A stretch of DNA of 64,000 nucleotides from Octopus vulgaris (taxonomy: Eukaryota). The notes beneath the pieces are model-generated. The model was given only the letters and a program-made list of their open reading frames with translations, had not been told where the DNA came from and did no database searches. A program made the position numbers and the translations under genes. Shown here piece by piece: positions 57,577 through 64,000 of this stretch. The stretch spans positions 40,548,001-40,612,000 of the forward strand of contig OX597823.1 of assembly GCA_951406725.2 (NCBI GenBank), written 5' to 3'. Position 1 is the first letter of the stretch. Each line of letters starts with the position of its first letter.

Positions 57577-58000
57577 CTCTTTACTCTTTTTTACTCTTTT
57601 ACTTGTTTCAGTCATTTGACTGCAGTCATGCTGGAGCACTGCCTTTAGTCGATCAAATCGACCCCAGGATTTATTCTTTGTAAGCCTAGTTCTTATTCGA
57701 TCGGTCTGTTTTGCCGAACCACTAAGAGACGGGGTCGTAAACACACCAGCATCAGTTGTCAAGCGATGTGGGGTGGGGGGAGAAACAGACACACAAACAT
57801 ATACACACACATACATATATACACATATATACATGTATACAACGGGCTTCTTTCAGTTTCCGTCTACCAAATCCACTCACAAGGCTTTGGTCGGCCCGAG
57901 GCTATAGTAGAAGACAATTGTCCAAGGTGTCACGCAGTGGGCCTGAACCCGGAACCAAGCCGTTGGTAAGCAAGCTACTTACCACAAAGCCACTCCTACA
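57577..58000 (-). mobile_element. SINE family C, full length
   Basis: Reverse-complement match to the 18929 copy; (AAAAGAGT)n 3' repeats. Confidence 0.9.
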
Positions 58001-58478
58001 CGTATGTGTAGCTTTAACGTAATTTCTTCTGCCAAACCAATATCACACTGTGTATTTAATTTTATGCTAATGCAGTTTCAGTCGCATGATATGGATTGAC
58101 CAGAGTAAATAGTAAGCCCCACTTCTCTTGATGTCAAGCAATGAGATCAACCGCAAAATCTTAAGGGAAACTTTTAACCATTCGGCTCTATTGCATGTTT
58201 GAGATAATCTCAGACTTCATAGTTCTCTAGAAATGCGTATTTATGGCTGTTTCCAAATAATCTATCTGATTTTTCTGTGAAGATATGTCAGTTCTAGAGA
58301 ATTCTCAAGTAAGAGATTATCTCAAGAATCAAGAAGTCTTTGAGTATTCCAAATGAGAGTGGTTCTTTCCTCTTTTCCCCACAAATCGTGACATTTGTTT
58401 TAGCCTCTTTAGAACTAGAGATAATTTTGAAGAATCAAGAATTTATCTTGTAAAACTTTTAACATACCCTTATCCGTC

Positions 58479-58522
<44 letters not shown>

Positions 58523-58619
58523 CATATCTATGCATGTAAATATACATACATACATAAACACACACACACACATATATATATATAGGCGCAGGAGTTGGCA
58601 TGTGGTAGGAAGTTTGCTT

Positions 58620-59823
58620 CCACTGCGCATGTGCGAATAATCGTGGTATTCGGCATGAAAGCGGTGAGACATGCTTTTGAAGCCGTCTCGAATTGAAAAA
58701 TTTTGAAGCTCCATTGTAAGGTACGATTCTGTTTTTTGGGTCCAGTGGGAATTTTTGTTGAGAATTGTTTTTGTACAGGCAGGAAGGCCTACTGGATTCA
58801 GAATTCTGGTTCTGGCTGTAGGGAGCGAATATTTTTTTTCGTTGAATTGTGAGAATTTTTGTTTGGGGGCGTATTCGTCTTCGGTTTATGTTGAGAGAAT
58901 ATTTTTCTCACTTAATTATGAGAATTGTTGCTTGGAGGAATATTGTGCCTTTTGAAGAATTTTTAAATAATTGTGAGAACTGCTGTTTGGGGGAGTGTCT
59001 TTGCCTCCGAAGATTGAACAATTTGTGTACCAATTTTTGTGGAAGTTGTATTCAAGTTGTTGCGGAAGACTTTTTTATTTGCTGTGTTTCTGAACTATTG
59101 ACTTTCTTTCTTCTAAACTTTATTCTAACGTTTTCTTTCTTTCTTCTAAACGGTGATTCTTGAGGTTCGCCCCCACCTCACCCCAAGTGTCATCGGTTCC
59201 TGGAGTCTGGTCATATAAAGAAAAACTGTCCCCAGGAACAAAATAAGGTCCCGGAGCAGTTGAGTGAGACCTCTATAGAAGAGGGAATGAAGGCGGCCGA
59301 GGAGGCGGAAGACTCCTCAAATAGGGGCAGAAAGAGGAAGAAGGTGAGCAACAATGGGTGCTCACCGAAGGATCCTAGGGATGAGGAGAGGAAGGCGAAT
59401 CTCCCGGTCACGGAGGAGACGCACCCTCCCTCAGTTGAAAAGATAAAAAAGAGGAAGAGAAACGGGACATTGCCGGCAGTCGGTGACATAGTACCAGAAT
59501 GTCCCAGAGCTACGTCGGTTGGGGTTGTGCCACCGGCAGGAGAAGAAACACCGTTGACGGGAACTGTGCCGCCAACGGAAGAATTGGATATCCCGCCCCC
59601 AGAAAAAGACGAATTATTGATCTTCTTCTATAGAGGCGGAGAGGTTGAAAAGGTAGTGGAAAATCACCATAAGGGAGCACCTTTAGCCTTCACACAGGAT
59701 CCCGAAAAGCCTCCGCAGGTAGCTGTGGACGTTATAACGTTTGACGAGGCATTTAGGGTGAAGGGGCTCAATGACGAATATCGCTTGTACCCGGGCGACG
59801 CCGACACGGAACTCGTCTCGTAA
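58620..59823 (+). mobile_element. Second, internally deleted Tx1/L1-like ORF1 element embedded in a SINE
   Basis: T-rich 5' region with repeated AATTGTGAGAA..TGTTTGGGGG units, then VILEVRP / CHRFLESGHIKKNC (decayed CCHC, in frame with ORF 59260..59823); ETSIEEGMKA resembles KTITLEEGIKA of the first element. Confidence 0.65.
59188..59823 (+). pseudogene. C-terminal half of LINE ORF1
   Basis: Decayed knuckle C-H-R-F-L-E-S-G-H-I-K-K-N-C, basic/acidic linker, and C-terminal block LLIFFYRGGEVEKVVENHHK similar to AVMLYKKDKEIEKKISDNEK in the 49609-51017 protein. Confidence 0.65.
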
Positions 59824-60225
59824 CTTAGCAGTTTTGTAAAAGCGACTGATAGAATAAGTACTAGATTTGCAGGGAATAAGTTCTGGGGTCGACTTGTTCG
59901 ACTAAATGTGGTGCTGCAGCATGGCTGCAGTCAAATGACTGAAACAAGTAAAAGAATAAACGAATACACGATTTCGCTTAGGAATACTGATCCTAAAAAC
60001 CAATTCTTAGAATTCAATATACATATGTTTGAGGTGAGTACAGAGCCTAACATTAATTAATAACTGTCAAGGGAACAGGAATCACGTTATCAACTAAACA
60101 ACTTTACTAGCTTACAGCTGTTTCGAGAATGTTACACAAGTATTCATCTTCTAGTGCAGTGCTTCTTATAGAAAATACAGCTAGAAGCTCACGAAGTTGT
60201 GTAAATGATTCCTGTTCCCTTGTCA

Positions 60226-60273
<48 letters not shown>

Positions 60274-60336
60274 ACATACGTATATGTACAAACTTACATC
60301 TATACGTATATATATATATAAGCTGTTGTTGTTGTA

Positions 60337-60385
<49 letters not shown>

Positions 60386-60694
60386 ACAACAAAAGCGTAC
60401 GAAACACGAATACATGGAACTTGAACTATTCTTTCGAACAACGAAAGGCACAAATGGAAAACAAAACAAACAACACAAAAACGACCTTTCATCAGTTATT
60501 GGCTGTTTTTCTACTCTCGTATTTCGAGCATTTAACAACAATATACAGTTGCTCCCGCAAAGCAAATTAAATAAAATTTGGGATTTTGCGAAGGATCAAA
60601 ATAGGAAACACAAACAGGACAGTGAAAACAAACATGAAGGGCTGCTAAGCTTAAACTATGTTATATATATATATATACACATATATATATACAT

Positions 60695-60744
<50 letters not shown>

Positions 60745-61034
60745 GTATTTATGTATGTTTGTGTGTAGTGTTAAGAGATTTGTGTGTTAATATTAATTAG
60801 TAGTGCATTGTTTCTAAATAGTTTCATTATTGATTTTTACCGATTGTTACTTGGCATGTCTTGTAAACGGAAATAGAGAAATTATTTATTGATCATTAAA
60901 AGCAATGTCTCCTGGAAATATCAAACACAAATGAAGACATATTGAATGTGTGCTTGTGTATGTACGCAAATATATATTATGTGTGTGTGTGTGTATGCAT
61001 AAACATACAAAAGAAACAATTACCCCAATAATTC

Positions 61035-61243
61035 TAATTTTGGCACAACGCCAGCAGTTTTGAGGGAAGGGTCAAATCGATTATATCCACCTCCAGTACT
61101 TCAGTGGTATCTATTTTATCGACCCGAAATAATGAACGCTAAAGTCGATCTCGGCGGACTTTACTCACAGAACGTAAGGAACCAGAAGAAACGCCGCAAA
61201 TTAATTCGTCTGACGTGCTAACAATTCTACCCGCTCGCCGCCG
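61035..61243 (-). mobile_element. SINE family B, decayed
   Basis: TTTTATCGACCCGAAA...GTGCTAAC...CTCGCCGCC. Confidence 0.7.
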
Positions 61244-62184
61244 TATGTACCCTAATACTAAATGTAAGCGTCCTAAGAATTAAAATACAATAAAAAAGAC
61301 AACAATATACTGATAATTGCTGAATGATTGAGAGGTTCACTTGAGCATAATGAAGACTCAGGAGGTTCGATCTCACTGCGTGTCATCTTGGACAGCTTTC
61401 TATCATTTCGTATCGATCTAAGACTTCAGTGTACGAGTGTATATTCATTGTTGTTATACACACAAACCACTCTAGGTACACAAAGAAATTCAGGCCCAAA
61501 CATAGATATCTTATAGAAATTGCCCATCAGAAAAGGCAGTGGAGCAGTACCCATAGGTTTGCAGAATATAACTGCTACAAAAACAGAGAAACAAAATTCG
61601 GTGTAATTCATGCGGTTGATGTATATTTCGGACATCTGTCATCATCAGAAACAAACACGGGTGCTCAACCAACTAAGTGATTGCTCAACAATAGCAAATG
61701 AAATTCACTCTAAATCGTATTATAGCATTTCAGAGAAGAAAGAAACTACCCTGTGTATTGCGATATAATTTCTTTCAACGTTCTTTCAACGTTCTTAGGC
61801 CTGCTGTAGCAGAACTAGACAACAACAACACCAGCAGCAGTAGCACCACCACCACGAACAACAACGACAATAACAACAGTAGCAACAGCAGCATAAGCAA
61901 TAACAGTAATGAGACGCGTGGGGGGATGAAGATTGTGCTATTTCAGAGAGGAAAAGATTACGGGTAGGTTTGACAGAAAAGCATGTGTGCTCGAGTTTTG
62001 GTAGATATTTAACCAAGTAGTTGCGATAAAAAGAGGGGTTGTAATTAAAGAAACGAAAGGGAGAAGAGTAACAAAAATATTGGTCTGTAAGCTAGGTGTT
62101 GTTGTAGCGTTGGTGATTGATTTTTACCTTTATCAGTTAAGCGCATTCTTTTGTATGTTATCTTATTCGTAAGAAAAACAAATG

Positions 62185-62256
<72 letters not shown>

Positions 62257-64000
62257 ATACAAGATGAATACATATATTACGTATGTGAAAGCGCATGTGC
62301 GAACAAACACGCAGACGTACACATACATATACACACATACACGTGAGCACATAGGTGCAGAACAAGGTGGAGAAAACAGTACAGTACTGGATTACCAAAA
62401 TAGAGCAAAATATGTTTTTTAAAGTAGCTGAAAAAAGACTTCACGATACGTCACTCAGTTTCACGTAACCTTCCGTCAGACAGTATTGCTTGACGAACGG
62501 TTGCGTGAAAGTCTGAAAAAGAGAATGTGAAGATTTTTCAACTTCAATTACATACATATGGGTGCACGCACGCACACACACATGGATATATATATATAGT
62601 CCGCTACCTTAACCACTGAGCCATTGCGCCACACACACACACAAACACAACATGTCAGTGCAATCAGTTTTCCAACAGCAACTGTTTGCTCAATGCTAAA
62701 TGCCTAGCTAAGGCAATTACTAACCAGAAACGCATAATATTACATAAAAAATATTATATTATTATAATATCTATGATATATTCAAAGACACTAATGTAAA
62801 TAACATCTGTGGAACTCGAATTTAATTATAAGATGAAGAAAAACTAAGTGCACAGTGATAAACTGTGTCTAAGTAAAACAATCGTCCCCATAGCTCAAAT
62901 TACATATGAAGATGTTTATGAAAAACGTTGAAAGAAATTATATCGGAATACACGAGGGTAGTTTCAAGTTTGTTTTCTTAACCATCACTCCTCTTTCGTG
63001 AATAAGACTGGAGGACAACTTATGAAAATAACACAATAGACGTGTGCGTGTGGTTTGAGAGACGTGTGCATATATACATGTACTATATATATATATGTAC
63101 AATTTACAAGGCAAACTGCTTTCTTTTGGCTCTCGCTGCTCTAATAAAGCATGGCGACATCCAGTTGTGTAAGTCAACCCCTTTCGTACCTCCCAAATAT
63201 GTCCCATTTGCAACAACGAAATGTAAATGCTGGAGGAGGAAGAGCAATTCCCCATCATTTATTTGGCATTTACTTCAGCCGACCAGACAGGAGCAATTCA
63301 AAATAAGGTACCTGAGTGAAGGATACAAAGCGTCACCTGGTTTAAGAATGGGGCAAATCTATGACCTAATAATCGTAAGCACTTAACCAACGATGAAATT
63401 GTTCAATCCGAATTTAGTACACTTATAAAAATCTCTTCCTACAAAAACTCTGTCTATATATGTAAACTGAACCGTAAAAGAAAGGTGACGCATACTAAAT
63501 AGAAACCATTTTATTAACAGATTGGCATTGTATTGATTGAAGGGTGCTAAATAAGAAACCGTTATTTCCTAATGATAAAACATCATTTCCTGAAAAATAT
63601 TTGACGTCACATGGGGTCACGTGATGGTGGAGTGTTTTGGATCCAAATAGATGAGCTCAATCTCTCGTATGACTACCGTTAACGTTCAAAAGGGTCATGT
63701 GGTGTGAATGAAATTTTGAGAATGTTGTAGTAGTATCAAGTAGATAGAGAGGAGAGAAAAATGTGTATGCTAAAATTAGGAGAATGGTCAAAATGAATAG
63801 ATGAGGAAAGAAGAAAGTGAGAGGAAGAGAATATGAATAAAATAAAATAAAATGAAAAAAGTAAAAAAAAGAAAAAAAGGAGTGTTAGTTGGTGGTCAAG
63901 ATATTATGAGGGGAATTGGAGAGGAGTAGGGAGGGAAAGGAAGAGATAAAAATGTAAGGAATGAATGTGTATGAGAAGTGCAAGGTGGGGTGATATGTTC

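Noticed and set aside
63602-63625. CRE (TGACGTCA) plus E-box (CACGTG); another CRE near 34890
   Set aside because: Short motifs are expected by chance in 64 kb and there is no linked gene start.

Overview
AT-rich, microsatellite-saturated eukaryotic non-coding DNA (intergenic or a very large intron). The tRNA-Arg-headed SINEs and repeat landscape point to an octopus genome (inference). No host protein-coding exon could be supported, and almost all listed ORFs are microsatellite translations. The window holds: at least four SINE-like families (many copies, some with clean TSDs, nested or in tandem); an internally deleted mariner and two Tc1/mariner-type MITEs; a Helentron/HINE-type element; a CR1-group LINE 3' end whose tail resembles a SINE tail; and Penelope-like remnants (RT fragment, inverted repeats, one apparently intact and several decayed type I hammerhead ribozymes). 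The most unusual object is a ~1.72 kb minus-strand element (51164->49446). It starts with what looks like the 5' end of U1 snRNA, encodes a single ~469-aa Tx1/L1-type ORF1 (CCHC knuckle) broken only by three 1-bp homopolymer indels, has no ORF2, and ends after AATAAA. A related ORF1 remnant at 58620-59823 likewise begins directly behind the 5' piece of a tRNA-derived SINE head.
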